This document shows, in pieces, positions 53,422 through 62,163 of a DNA stretch of 64,000 nt. Position 1 is the first letter of the stretch. Each line of letters starts with the position of its first letter. The notes beneath the pieces were generated by a model, which was not told the DNA's origin, ran no database searches, and saw nothing but the letters and a program-made list of their open reading frames with translations. The stretch spans positions 135,265 to 199,264 of the forward strand of contig PQXB01000001.1 of NCBI GenBank assembly GCA_003194425.1, given 5' to 3'. The translations under genes and the position numbers were made by a program. Source of the stretch: Candidatus Methanophagaceae archaeon. Lineage in GTDB: Archaea; Halobacteriota; Syntropharchaeia; Alkanophagales; Methanospirareceae.

Positions 53422-54224
53422 AAGGAATGAAAATGGAAGTAGACAAAGTGTATTTAGGCGACTGCGTAAAGATTATGAAGACTTTACCAAATAAATCTGT
53501 AGATTTAGTCTTTGCAGACCCGCCGTTCAACATTGGGCTAAAATACGATGTTTATAACGATAACCTTTCGTATGAAAAATATTACAAGTGGTCTGAAGAG
53601 TGGGTAAAAGAGGCTTGCAGGCTACTTAAAAACAGTGGGGCAATTTATGTCGCGATCGGAGACGAATTCGCAGCAGAGCTAAACATAATTCTAAAACGAA
53701 GAGGCTTCTATTTCAGAAACTGGATCGTGTGGCACTACACCTTCGGTCAAAATCAGCGGAAGAAATTTACCCGCGCACACACTCACATTTTATATTTCAC
53801 CAAAGACAAAGCACGATTTACATTTAACGACAAGCACATTCGCGTGCCCTCGGCAAGGCAACTCGTCTACAAAGACAAGCGAGCAAACCCGCTTGGAAAG
53901 ATTCCCGACGATGTCTGGCAGTTTTCGAGAATTTGCGGAACGTTCAAGGAGCGTCTCGGAAGACACCCTTGCCAAATGCCAGAATCCTTACTTGAGCGAA
54001 TAATAAGCGTCAGTTCCAACGAGGGCGACACGGTCTTAGACCCTTTCGGCGGGACAGGGACAACAGCAGCAGTCGCGAAGAAATTGAAGAGACATTTCAT
54101 CACGATGGAAATATCCGAAGAATATTACGACATCATCTTGAGAAGGTTGAATTTAAGAAGAGTGAAGAGTGTGTCAGAGGACGAGGAAGAGGAGCAGAGG
54201 ACTTTATTTGCGGTTTTAAGATAA
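53418..54224 (+). CDS. Beta-class DNA methyltransferase (R-M system partner)
   Basis: Motif IV DPPF near the N-terminus (LVFADPPFNIG), motif I DPFGGTGTT near the C-terminus. Confidence 0.8.
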   Translation: MKGMKMEVDKVYLGDCVKIMKTLPNKSVDLVFADPPFNIGLKYDVYNDNLSYEKYYKWSEEWVKEACRLLKNSGAIYVAIGDEFAAELNIILKRRGFYFRNWIVWHYTFGQNQRKKFTRAHTHILYFTKDKARFTFNDKHIRVPSARQLVYKDKRANPLGKIPDDVWQFSRICGTFKERLGRHPCQMPESLLERIISVSSNEGDTVLDPFGGTGTTAAVAKKLKRHFITMEISEEYYDIILRRLNLRRVKSVSEDEEEEQRTLFAVLR

Positions 54225-54357
54225 TACCTCCGCTAATTCCCGTCTATTTATAGAAGGGATACAGCGGATAATATAAAAAGTTTTCGGAATAAAAAGCGGA
54301 AACACCTTCCAAGCGCCGGTAAACCCCTTTGTGCCTTCGCAGGTCTTTATTTATTCT

Positions 54358-55590
54358 TCAAAACGCTCCCCTAACGCACTCTTCGGTCCTGCACAACCTC
54401 GCCCTAGCACCACCGCACAGAAGCGGCACGTACCTCAGCATTTTACCCGAGTTCGTCAAAACACAGTCGTAGCCCTCAAACGCGGGCGAGACCACGAAAC
54501 AAGTGTCGCAAATTACTTTTACCTTAACCCCGAAATTCTCAATCTTCTCCACTAACCCTTCCCTCCGCACGCTCTCACTCTCTTTTATCGCCCGCGCGGT
54601 AAAGACGAAGAAATCCTTTCTTACTTTCCTTCCCCTGCCCTCCTCCTTCAAGAGTCCGTAAATGCGTCTCAATTCCGCGGGAGAGCAGTGCGGACAGCCG
54701 AGTGCGATTGCTGTCCCCTCGGGTTCGCAATTCTCATCTTCAGCACCACCAAAAACCGCCTTTAAATCCTCCTTTCCTATTTTTATCTCCTCCTCTGGCA
54801 GCTCCTCCTCTTCCGCCTCTGGCGTCACTCCTTTTATGTGAAACATTCCCACAGACCCGGTCGCCCCCACCGCCGCGGACAAATGCTTCAACTCGTCTCT
54901 GCTCGGCGGACGGGAAGAAACGGGAAGTTCAATCGCGGGTATTTTGTCCCCTACAAGATTGCCAATCAAAAATCCCAGCGCACTGTAGTCCGCGTCCGCG
55001 AGCTCGCACTTCTCTCTCTCGCACACCTTCACCCGCACAGTTGGCTTCCTGTTCTCGGCTTGGTGAAGCCCGTAAAGAGGCGTCTTCCCGATTAACGCGG
55101 CGGCGAGGGCAGAAGGCGCCCCCTCCATATTCGTCCGCGCACCCAGGACCGAGTTAGCGAACAAGACCGCCGAAGACTCTGCCCACGCCAAATGCTCGCC
55201 TTTTTTCGGCAGGTCACCCCCACCAAGCAGGTAAGGGACGCAGGTGCATTCTGCGGAGACGCCCAGACTCTTGTAAGCCGCGAGCACCGCCAGCTGCTTC
55301 TTCGCAAACGGCTCTAAAACGCCCATTTCCCGCCATTTCTCCTTTTCCAAATCCATTCCGACGGGATTTAGAGTGCTTTCAACCGCTACCCTGCCTTCAA
55401 GACTGTTGATGAACTCAAAGGCGTCGCCGATGGTCTTGTAGGACGCGCCCGACAAGTGTGCGGTCTTTATCGGAATTAGCATTGAGGCGTCGTTTATTTC
55501 GCCGATTGCGACGAGGATTTCCATCGCCTTCTGCCTCGTCCAGCCCGCCTCCCCTTCGTAAATCCGCTCTTCTTCTCTCGTGAGGTGCAT
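54358..55590 (-). CDS. AcnX-type (DUF521) hydro-lyase large subunit, probable phosphomevalonate dehydratase of the archaeal mevalonate pathway
   Basis: MHLTREEERIYEGEAG...AMEILVAIGEI...IPIKTAHLSGASYKTIG matches the DUF521/AcnX N-terminus. Confidence 0.55.
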   Translation of the reverse strand: MHLTREEERIYEGEAGWTRQKAMEILVAIGEINDASMLIPIKTAHLSGASYKTIGDAFEFINSLEGRVAVESTLNPVGMDLEKEKWREMGVLEPFAKKQLAVLAAYKSLGVSAECTCVPYLLGGGDLPKKGEHLAWAESSAVLFANSVLGARTNMEGAPSALAAALIGKTPLYGLHQAENRKPTVRVKVCEREKCELADADYSALGFLIGNLVGDKIPAIELPVSSRPPSRDELKHLSAAVGATGSVGMFHIKGVTPEAEEEELPEEEIKIGKEDLKAVFGGAEDENCEPEGTAIALGCPHCSPAELRRIYGLLKEEGRGRKVRKDFFVFTARAIKESESVRREGLVEKIENFGVKVKVICDTCFVVSPAFEGYDCVLTNSGKMLRYVPLLCGGARARLCRTEECVRGAF

Positions 55591-55709
55591 TTTCTTGTTG
55601 CTAGAAAAGTAGTCGATAACTATTTGGGCTTCCCTCCTTCACGCCTAAATACGCTAGCTTCTTGCTGCTCCTACCTTCCTGTCTTCTCTTCCTTGTCCTC
55701 TTTCTGCAT

Positions 55710-56150
55710 TTAACTCGAATTCCTCTTCCCCTCCCAATCTACTTGAACCTCTACCTCCACCTCTGTCTTTGGCACGGTCTGCTCTCTAAAATACTCGGCA
55801 TCAAATTCTACACGAACTGCACCCTTTGGAAGCAAATCTGCACCTTCTACCACCCTTTTTCTAACCACGCTGTCGTGTGCAGCGTCTGTAAATATCAGAG
55901 TTACTGTCACATTTTTTGCCTCTTTATCTCCGATGTTCCAGACCTCTCCCTGCACTTTCACGCTCTCCATTCCGCTGACGCTGAGGTTCTCTGCTGCTCC
56001 CTGTGTAGCTCCCTGTGTAGTAACAACATCATAAGCAATGTTCACTTCGCTCTCTCTTTCTTCTCTGATTTGGAGGAAAAGGAGAACACCACAAAAAATA
56101 ATCCCCGCTATCACCACACCAAGTACAAATCTCTTGATTTTACGCTCCAT
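55710..56150 (-). CDS. N-terminally anchored small protein, hypothetical
   Basis: Single N-terminal TM; lower-GC block. Confidence 0.35.
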   Translation of the reverse strand: MERKIKRFVLGVVIAGIIFCGVLLFLQIREERESEVNIAYDVVTTQGATQGAAENLSVSGMESVKVQGEVWNIGDKEAKNVTVTLIFTDAAHDSVVRKRVVEGADLLPKGAVRVEFDAEYFREQTVPKTEVEVEVQVDWEGKRNSS

Positions 56151-56152
56151 TT

Positions 56153-56302
56153 TTATTCTCCTTTTCTTCTATTGATATTGTACAAACCCACATATTCCAA
56201 GAAACCTTTATTTGTTTTATGTTTCGCCAAATACACTATGAATGGAATAAGCGTAGCTAATAAAAGTTGAGATATTGTATTTACGATTTCTTGAACTAAC
56301 AT
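56153..56302 (-). CDS. Small hydrophobic peptide (49 aa), hypothetical
   Basis: Start placed at the internal ATG to avoid a 59-nt overlap. Tight spacing with neighbours. Confidence 0.25.
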   Translation of the reverse strand: MLVQEIVNTISQLLLATLIPFIVYLAKHKTNKGFLEYVGLYNINRRKGE

Positions 56303-56303
56303 C

Positions 56304-57230
56304 TCAGCCCCCCCTTTTTCTCGGCTTACCTGTCTTAATAATCGCGTAAACCAACCCCGCAATCACGCTTATCGCTAATATCGGCAGGGGGAAGAAAGCG
56401 AAACCGAAACCTTCCGCTGAGCTGTGAAAGTCAAAAATCGTGAAGAGACTTTTCGCGGGTCCGATTGTAAAAGATTCTACTCCCAAAATATCAAGAGCCA
56501 TTGGCGCTGTTCCCATCAGAAGCCCCAGCGCAAAAAAACAGAGAATAAATACTTTGAAAAATTTGGAGGCAAATCCTGTTGCAGAGATATTCAGGAGCTT
56601 GTCTGTTTCTCTGCCATAAATTATCAGCCCGTTTTTTCGGTCTTCCAGCAATACTTCTTTCGGATATCTCAGCACGTTACGGGTCACCCACAGATCGCCC
56701 ACCGCTCCGGAAGCGTTTACTACAAGCGGTAGCAGGATCCAGTGCGCAACCGAAGGGAAAGCAGCCATTAAACCAATCCCCGCCAGAGAAATCACGACCA
56801 ACGGCGCAATCGCGATCACAATGAACTGGTTGCGTCGAAAAGCAGTTTTTGTTGTGGCGTAGAAATAGGGGAGGATGAAATATGCAATGCCCGCGCCGTA
56901 ACTCGGCTTGCCACCATATTTTGTCATAAATACGCCGTGAATGAGTTCGTGCAGCACCAGTGTGCCAATGAAGAGTGCTGCTGAAATGAGAATTGTGCCG
57001 CCGCTCGTGAAGTCAAAGTTAAAGCCAACTTTCCCTGTAAATTGAGAATAGAGTGCAGTGAAAAAAAATGCAAACGCAAACAGAGCCAATGTCCCCACCC
57101 CAATTAGCGTAACTACAACCTCTTTTGACATCTCCAACCTGCCAAGCTCTTTACGCCCGTCAACGTCAAGGTTGAGTGGTTGTTGTTCTTTCATCTTAAT
57201 CCTCTTGTACAAGCCCCATCCACGCCACAC
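56304..57230 (-). CDS. Polytopic membrane protein with HExxH (putative zincin peptidase, DUF3267-like)
   Basis: HELIHGVFM within a TM region. Start ambiguous (57230, 57194 or 57131). Confidence 0.5.
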   Translation of the reverse strand: MWRGWGLYKRIKMKEQQPLNLDVDGRKELGRLEMSKEVVVTLIGVGTLALFAFAFFFTALYSQFTGKVGFNFDFTSGGTILISAALFIGTLVLHELIHGVFMTKYGGKPSYGAGIAYFILPYFYATTKTAFRRNQFIVIAIAPLVVISLAGIGLMAAFPSVAHWILLPLVVNASGAVGDLWVTRNVLRYPKEVLLEDRKNGLIIYGRETDKLLNISATGFASKFFKVFILCFFALGLLMGTAPMALDILGVESFTIGPAKSLFTIFDFHSSAEGFGFAFFPLPILAISVIAGLVYAIIKTGKPRKRGG

Positions 57231-57299
57231 CAGAATAAAATTTTCTAAATATTTGCCTTTTTGTCAGACATAAAAAGATAAATAAGAATATACCCCTCT

Positions 57300-57935
57300 T
57301 TGAGATGCAAATTCATTTTGAAGGTTGCAGGAGGCTTCGTGGGCTTGGTCTTCTTTGCCGGCGTAATTTCGGTGGACGGGAGCGGAGCGGGTGGGGTAGG
57401 CGGTGCGAGCCTGCTGCTGCCGCTGTGCGTTGGCGGCGGGGTCTTCTTGGGTCTCGGTGCGGTCATTTTGTGGGTAGTCTGGACAGCAGAATCGCGTTCC
57501 ACCAACTTCCTCGCCAAGATCCCTTTTGCTTTCGTGCGGCGGTTTGAAGCGGAGTTTCAAAAAATGAAGGAGAAGAGTTTTTCAATACGCGAGACCGTTC
57601 CTCTTATTCTCGTAATTTACTTTGTCTGTTGGGTTCTTCTTGCAGTTCAGTGGCAACTCATCGGTTTGTCGCTTGGCGTGACGGCGGCGGAGTTGGGGTT
57701 TTTAGCCTACTTCCTTCTGCACCCGTTGATCACGATTCTGCGGTTCGTTCCTGTAACCGTCTCGGGGTTGGGGCTGATGGAAGGTGCGACCGCGGTAGTG
57801 TTTGAGTTGCTCGGCGTAGGACCTGCAGTAGGTCTCTCTTTTGCTTTGTTAGTGCGGTTGAATATGATTTTGGTGGACTGCGTGGGGCTGAAAGGAGTTT
57901 TTTCGTCAGAGTTCAGACTCAAAAATAACGCTTAA
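57300..57935 (+). CDS. Membrane protein, flippase-like / LPG-synthase-TM (UPF0104) family-like
   Basis: Multiple TM helices; GLMEGATAVVFELLG motif. Confidence 0.35.
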   Translation: MRCKFILKVAGGFVGLVFFAGVISVDGSGAGGVGGASLLLPLCVGGGVFLGLGAVILWVVWTAESRSTNFLAKIPFAFVRRFEAEFQKMKEKSFSIRETVPLILVIYFVCWVLLAVQWQLIGLSLGVTAAELGFLAYFLLHPLITILRFVPVTVSGLGLMEGATAVVFELLGVGPAVGLSFALLVRLNMILVDCVGLKGVFSSEFRLKNNA

Positions 57936-58839
57936 TCCGCGGGTAAAAAAAGACCAGCAGCGGAACGAGAAACAGCAGACCTACCCCCACTTTACCAGCG
58001 ACCGAACCGTGAAAGAGTAGAATAAACAGAACCGGCTCCTCTCCTCCCCGCAGTTCAAACATACACGGGAAGGCGTCTGCCATTAGTTCTTCGGTTAGAT
58101 TGAGAGCCTCCGCGTAAGAGCCTCCTCCTTCGTCCGCGGTTGGTGGTGCGAACGCGGAGACGCGAATCATTGTAAAGTTCTCTGAAAATGAGGACTCTTT
58201 CAAATAAAAATACAGCACGACCTTCCGCTCGGTTACCTCTCCTAAATCTCCTTTTTTCTTCGCGACCACGAGTTTCTTTACCGAGATTGTGCCGTTGAAA
58301 CAGCCTAACTCCTCTTTTTTACTCTCCCAGCTGCTGTACAAAGGACGTTCTGCCCAACTCGCGTTCGGCACCGCTAAACGCACTTTCCCCTCCTCCTCAA
58401 TCTCGTAGCCCATCGCGGGGTAGCAGACAATTGGGGGGTGAAAACTCGTGCGGTTGCTGGACTGCACGATCAGGAAGAAGACGGGCTGCTGCGCTTTTGC
58501 GTGCCAGTAGTCGCGCATAAGCATAACATCCGCACCAAGGTTGGCGGCAACTCGGCTCGTGTCAAGGTCTGATGTCATCCCGCGCCAGTCGCCAATTTTC
58601 ATCGGAAAAGCACGAATGTGCTCGCTGCTTCCGAGGTCCAGCCTCGCTCTTACCGTTACCGCGTCGTTGGTAGCGTGCGAGAGCTCGGTGTCAATCGTGG
58701 TGATATTTTTGGCGAGGAGCAGTGAGGGAGAAGAAAAAAGCAGAATGAGAACGAGAGAGAGCAGAAGAAGCCCGATTAATTTTGAATACTCCTCGACGAA
58801 ATCTTTTTCTTGCTCCTTCTTCTCTCCTCCTTCTTGCAC
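57919..58839 (-). CDS. Bitopic membrane protein, paralog of 8098-9045
   Basis: Same architecture and conserved blocks (HPPIVCYPAMGYEIEE, ISVKKLVV, FTMIRVSAFAPP, LFLVPLLVFFYPRIKR). Confidence 0.6.
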   Translation of the reverse strand: MQEGGEKKEQEKDFVEEYSKLIGLLLLSLVLILLFSSPSLLLAKNITTIDTELSHATNDAVTVRARLDLGSSEHIRAFPMKIGDWRGMTSDLDTSRVAANLGADVMLMRDYWHAKAQQPVFFLIVQSSNRTSFHPPIVCYPAMGYEIEEEGKVRLAVPNASWAERPLYSSWESKKEELGCFNGTISVKKLVVAKKKGDLGEVTERKVVLYFYLKESSFSENFTMIRVSAFAPPTADEGGGSYAEALNLTEELMADAFPCMFELRGGEEPVLFILLFHGSVAGKVGVGLLFLVPLLVFFYPRIKRYF

Positions 58840-59075
58840 CTTCCACCCTCACCTCACCTAGGAATTCGATTAAAAGATTTGGTGACTTTACTGCTCCTAC
58901 TGCTCTTCATCGTAAATGTAGCAGTCGTGCTCCCTCCCGCTGACACCTTCTCTCTCGACAAATCCAACGCATTTTCACAAGGGCGAACCAAAAGTGAAGA
59001 CCTTTCTCCTCGCCTTTCCGAGACCAGACAGTGCATTTTACTAACCTTTTTTCACCTTAAAATATTTCCTCTTCA

Positions 59076-59110
59076 AAAAATAAAAACAGGGGGTGGAACG
59101 CCCCCCTTTT
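59076..59110 (-). terminator. Hairpin plus oligo-T terminator downstream of the beta-helix gene
   Basis: Minus-strand transcript ggggggcguuccaccccc followed by uguuuuuauuuuuu, 30 nt after the stop. Confidence 0.45.
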
Positions 59111-59139
59111 CTTCTCTCTCCTTCTCTGCCTTTCCTTTT

Positions 59140-60732
59140 CTACTTCTTCTCCCTTCTCCGCTGTCCGAGCAAGAAGTAGCCCACGACCCCGAGCAGCCCC
59201 GCCGAGAACAGCACCACCGTCGGCAACTCCGGAACCGGCGCACACGGCACTGGACCAGACTTGTAGCCACTGAAGTCCACTTCCCCTTTTCCCGCATTCT
59301 CGTCGTTGTCGTAAATGCTTGCATCTATTTTCGCCGCGTTTGTCGTGCCCCAGTAGTTGTTCTTCGCCGTTACTGCGTCTGACTGGTCGTTGTAGAAGTT
59401 CCACTCGTACCCCTCGCTCGTTCCGTTGTAGTTCCCGTTCACTAAAATGTTGTTCTGCGCGATTGTGTTCCCTGTGCTTCCGCCTGATAAGTGGAACCCT
59501 GCCTGCTTGTTGGCTTGCACCCTGTTGCACGAAATGTTGTTGCCGTCCGTGTTCCAGAGCCGGATGCCTTGCTTGTTGTTCTCGTTCGCGGTGTTGCCGG
59601 TCAGAGTGTTGTAGTTCGAATAATCCAGAAAGATGCCGTCCCAGTTGTTGTAGTTAGCGGTGTTGCTGGTAAGGGTGTTGTTGCTCGAAGAATCCAGCTC
59701 GATGCCGTCGTCGTTGTTGTAGTTAGCGGTGTTGCTGGTAAGGGTGTTGTTGCTCGAAGAATTCAGCCAGATGCCGTCGTCGTTGTTGTAGTTAGCGGTG
59801 TTGCCGGTCAGAGTGTTGTAGTTCGAATAATCCAGCAGGATGCCGTCCCAGTTGTTCTCGTTCGCGGTGTTGCTGGTAAGGGTGTTGTAGTTCGAATAAT
59901 CCAGCAGGATGCCGTCGTCGTTGTTGTAGTTAGCGGAGTTGCTGGTAAGGGTGTTGTAGTTCGAATAATCCAGCCAGATGCCGTCCCAGTCGTTCTGGTT
60001 AGCAGTGTTGCTGGTAAGAGTGTTGTTGCTCGAATAATCCAGCCAGATGCCGACCCAGTTGTTGTAGTTAGCGGTGTTGCTGGTAAGGGTGTTGTTGCTC
60101 GAAGAATCCAGCAGGATGCCGTCGTCGTTGTTGTAGTTAGCGGTGTTGCTGGTAAGGGTGTTGTTGCTCGAATAATCCAGCTCGATGCCCCAGTCGTTCT
60201 GGTTAGCAGTGTTGTTCGTTAGCTCGTTGTTGCTTGAATCCTGCAGGTAGATGCCGAACCAGCTGTTTTTCGAGCAGTTGTTCTCAGAGATCTTGCAGTG
60301 CTGCACGCCGTTGAGGGTAATCCCTGCTATCCAGCCACCACTTGTCGCTCCGGTCGCCGTGAACCCTGAGATGTTCACCCAGTCCGCGGTCACTTCAAAG
60401 ACGTCGTCGCTTGAACTTGCCGCGGTCACTGTCACCTTGTCCTTGCCTTCGCCCTCTAGCGTGAGGTGTGCTGTCCCCACGTTCACGTTCTCGTTGTAAC
60501 TCCCGTTGTAAACAAAGACGGTGTCGCCGCTGGTTGCTGCGTTCACTGCGTTCTGAATTGTTGCGTAGTCGCACCCTATTGCGCAGACGGTGTAAGTCGC
60601 TGCGTTCGCTGTTCCCACAACTACCGCGGCGACTGCGCAAAGGGCAAGCGTAAAGGCAAAAAAGAAACCCATTGCAGACGCTGCCACCGCGGTATTTTCC
60701 TTCTTTCCTAATCCGTTTTTTCCTTTTCGCAT
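59140..60732 (-). CDS. Secreted right-handed beta-helix (NosD/PbH1-like) repeat protein with PEL-CTERM-like sorting signal
   Basis: Signal peptide; about twelve 22-aa repeats (LTSNTANYNNDDGILLDYSNYNT); C-terminus PVPELPTVVLFSAGLLGVVGYFLLGQRRREKK. Confidence 0.7.
   Translation of the reverse strand: MRKGKNGLGKKENTAVAASAMGFFFAFTLALCAVAAVVVGTANAATYTVCAIGCDYATIQNAVNAATSGDTVFVYNGSYNENVNVGTAHLTLEGEGKDKVTVTAASSSDDVFEVTADWVNISGFTATGATSGGWIAGITLNGVQHCKISENNCSKNSWFGIYLQDSSNNELTNNTANQNDWGIELDYSSNNTLTSNTANYNNDDGILLDSSSNNTLTSNTANYNNWVGIWLDYSSNNTLTSNTANQNDWDGIWLDYSNYNTLTSNSANYNNDDGILLDYSNYNTLTSNTANENNWDGILLDYSNYNTLTGNTANYNNDDGIWLNSSSNNTLTSNTANYNNDDGIELDSSSNNTLTSNTANYNNWDGIFLDYSNYNTLTGNTANENNKQGIRLWNTDGNNISCNRVQANKQAGFHLSGGSTGNTIAQNNILVNGNYNGTSEGYEWNFYNDQSDAVTAKNNYWGTTNAAKIDASIYDNDENAGKGEVDFSGYKSGPVPCAPVPELPTVVLFSAGLLGVVGYFLLGQRRREKK
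59560..60240. repeat. About 10 copies of a 66-bp tandem repeat (coding, in frame) in the beta-helix gene
   Basis: Repeated gttgttgtagttagcggtgttgctggtaagggtgttgttgctcgaagaatccag... units with point variants. Confidence 0.8.
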
Positions 60733-61248
60733 TTTTTTGTCAAGATTATTTTAGGTGTAGGTCTTAAAAAGGTTTTTGATTTTTTGCGTTAGTCTTACTT
60801 GCTTCTTACCATTTATCCAACGCTTAATTTTGTCCCTCTTCGATTCAGGCTCTAATTCTAATTCTCAAAATCAGGACGCTCGGCAATAACTAATACAGAT
60901 CTCCTCTTTTCTCCAGAATCGGTGTAGAGGTATTTGAACAACACAATTAAGTCACAACTTTCGTCCTTGAGCCGTCCAACCAGTTGGTCCACTTCAGAGT
61001 TGTTAAGAACGGTTTTTTACTCGAACCTTGCAGCACTTGACCTACCACGCAGACTTATTTAATCACAGAATCACAGAGCCTGGAGCTTGTGGAGCACTCC
61101 AGGGTGTCCCTGCTTTTCTCGTTCCTAACTGCTGCGTCTTCTTCCATTTTCAACCAGGCACCTCCTAATCAACTAATCATCCCAGGGGCTTACTTATCCA
61201 AGCAAGCTCATTCCTCAAATCTGTTAATCTTTAGACTTGTTATTTATA

Positions 61249-62163
61249 TTAAAGTGGAGGAATATCTTTACCAAGCCTCCCAATTGCGTCCGCACGGCAG
61301 TGCCGGCAGTGCGTCATCTCCTTCACGAACTCGCTGCACTTCTCCTGAATCGCCCGCTTCTCCTGCGGTGTCGGGGGTTTAATGTGTGCGAACTTGAACT
61401 GAGGGATGAGCGGAATAATGTTCTGCATATAAACGCCCAGCTCCGCTGCCTTCTTCGCAACCTCAACCACGTGCTGGTCGTTCACGCCAGGAACGAGAAC
61501 CGTGTTCACCTTCACCAGAATCTTCCGCTTCACCGCCTCCTCGATGCCTTTCAACTGGTTCTTGAGCAGCACTTCAGCCGCCTCCTGCCCCTCGTATTTT
61601 TTACCGCGGTAGTTCACGAACGAGTAGATTTCCTTGCCGACCGCGGGGTCGACGGCGTTCAGTGTTACGGTTACAGTCCCAACGCCCAGCTCTTCGATCT
61701 CCTCAATCCGGTCTGGCAGCAGCAGCCCGTTCGTGCTCAGGCACCGCATTAGCCGCGGGAACTCCTCCTTCACGAGCCGGAAGGTCTCGAAAGTCGCCTC
61801 GTTGAAGAGTGGCTCCCCTGGTCCTGCGACCGCGACGACCTTGATGTAGTGCACCTTCTTTAAAACCTCCCTCACCCGCTCCAGCGCTTCCTCCGGCGTC
61901 AACACCTTGCTCGTCACCCCAGGTCGCGACTCGTTCACGCAGTCGAATTTCCGAACGCAGTAGTTGCACTGAATGTTGCACTTCGGGGCTACGGGGAGGT
62001 GCATTCTCCCGAAGAAGTGGCAGGCGTTCTCGCTGAAGCAGGGGTGTTCTTGGATTTTCCGCAGTTGCTCGGGGTCCCACTGAATTTCCCTGCCCTCTAC
62101 TTCGGTTACTCGCGGGGCGGAGGGGGTGGGTCTCCCGCCCCTACTCCCCTCTTCTGCGCTCAC
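61249..62163 (-). CDS. NifB-like radical-SAM protein (stand-alone radical SAM core)
   Basis: CNIQCNYC cluster motif and NifB-like context (HPCFSENACHFFGRMHLPVAPKCN). Confidence 0.7.
   Translation of the reverse strand: MSAEEGSRGGRPTPSAPRVTEVEGREIQWDPEQLRKIQEHPCFSENACHFFGRMHLPVAPKCNIQCNYCVRKFDCVNESRPGVTSKVLTPEEALERVREVLKKVHYIKVVAVAGPGEPLFNEATFETFRLVKEEFPRLMRCLSTNGLLLPDRIEEIEELGVGTVTVTLNAVDPAVGKEIYSFVNYRGKKYEGQEAAEVLLKNQLKGIEEAVKRKILVKVNTVLVPGVNDQHVVEVAKKAAELGVYMQNIIPLIPQFKFAHIKPPTPQEKRAIQEKCSEFVKEMTHCRHCRADAIGRLGKDIPPL

Noticed and set aside
59491-60222. 243-aa plus-strand ORF (VVVVSGVAGKGVVARRIQ repeats) and the possibility of a CRISPR-like array in the 66-bp repeat region
   Set aside because: It is the antisense mirror of the beta-helix coding repeats. 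The repeats are contiguous with no unique spacers and are in frame in the minus-strand gene, so this is not CRISPR.
60840-61100. Possible tRNA or ncRNA in the ORF-free region (GGTTCGAG-like T-loop on the minus strand near 61020)
   Set aside because: No consistent cloverleaf could be built by eye: the acceptor and T stems do not pair. Left as unexplained non-coding DNA.
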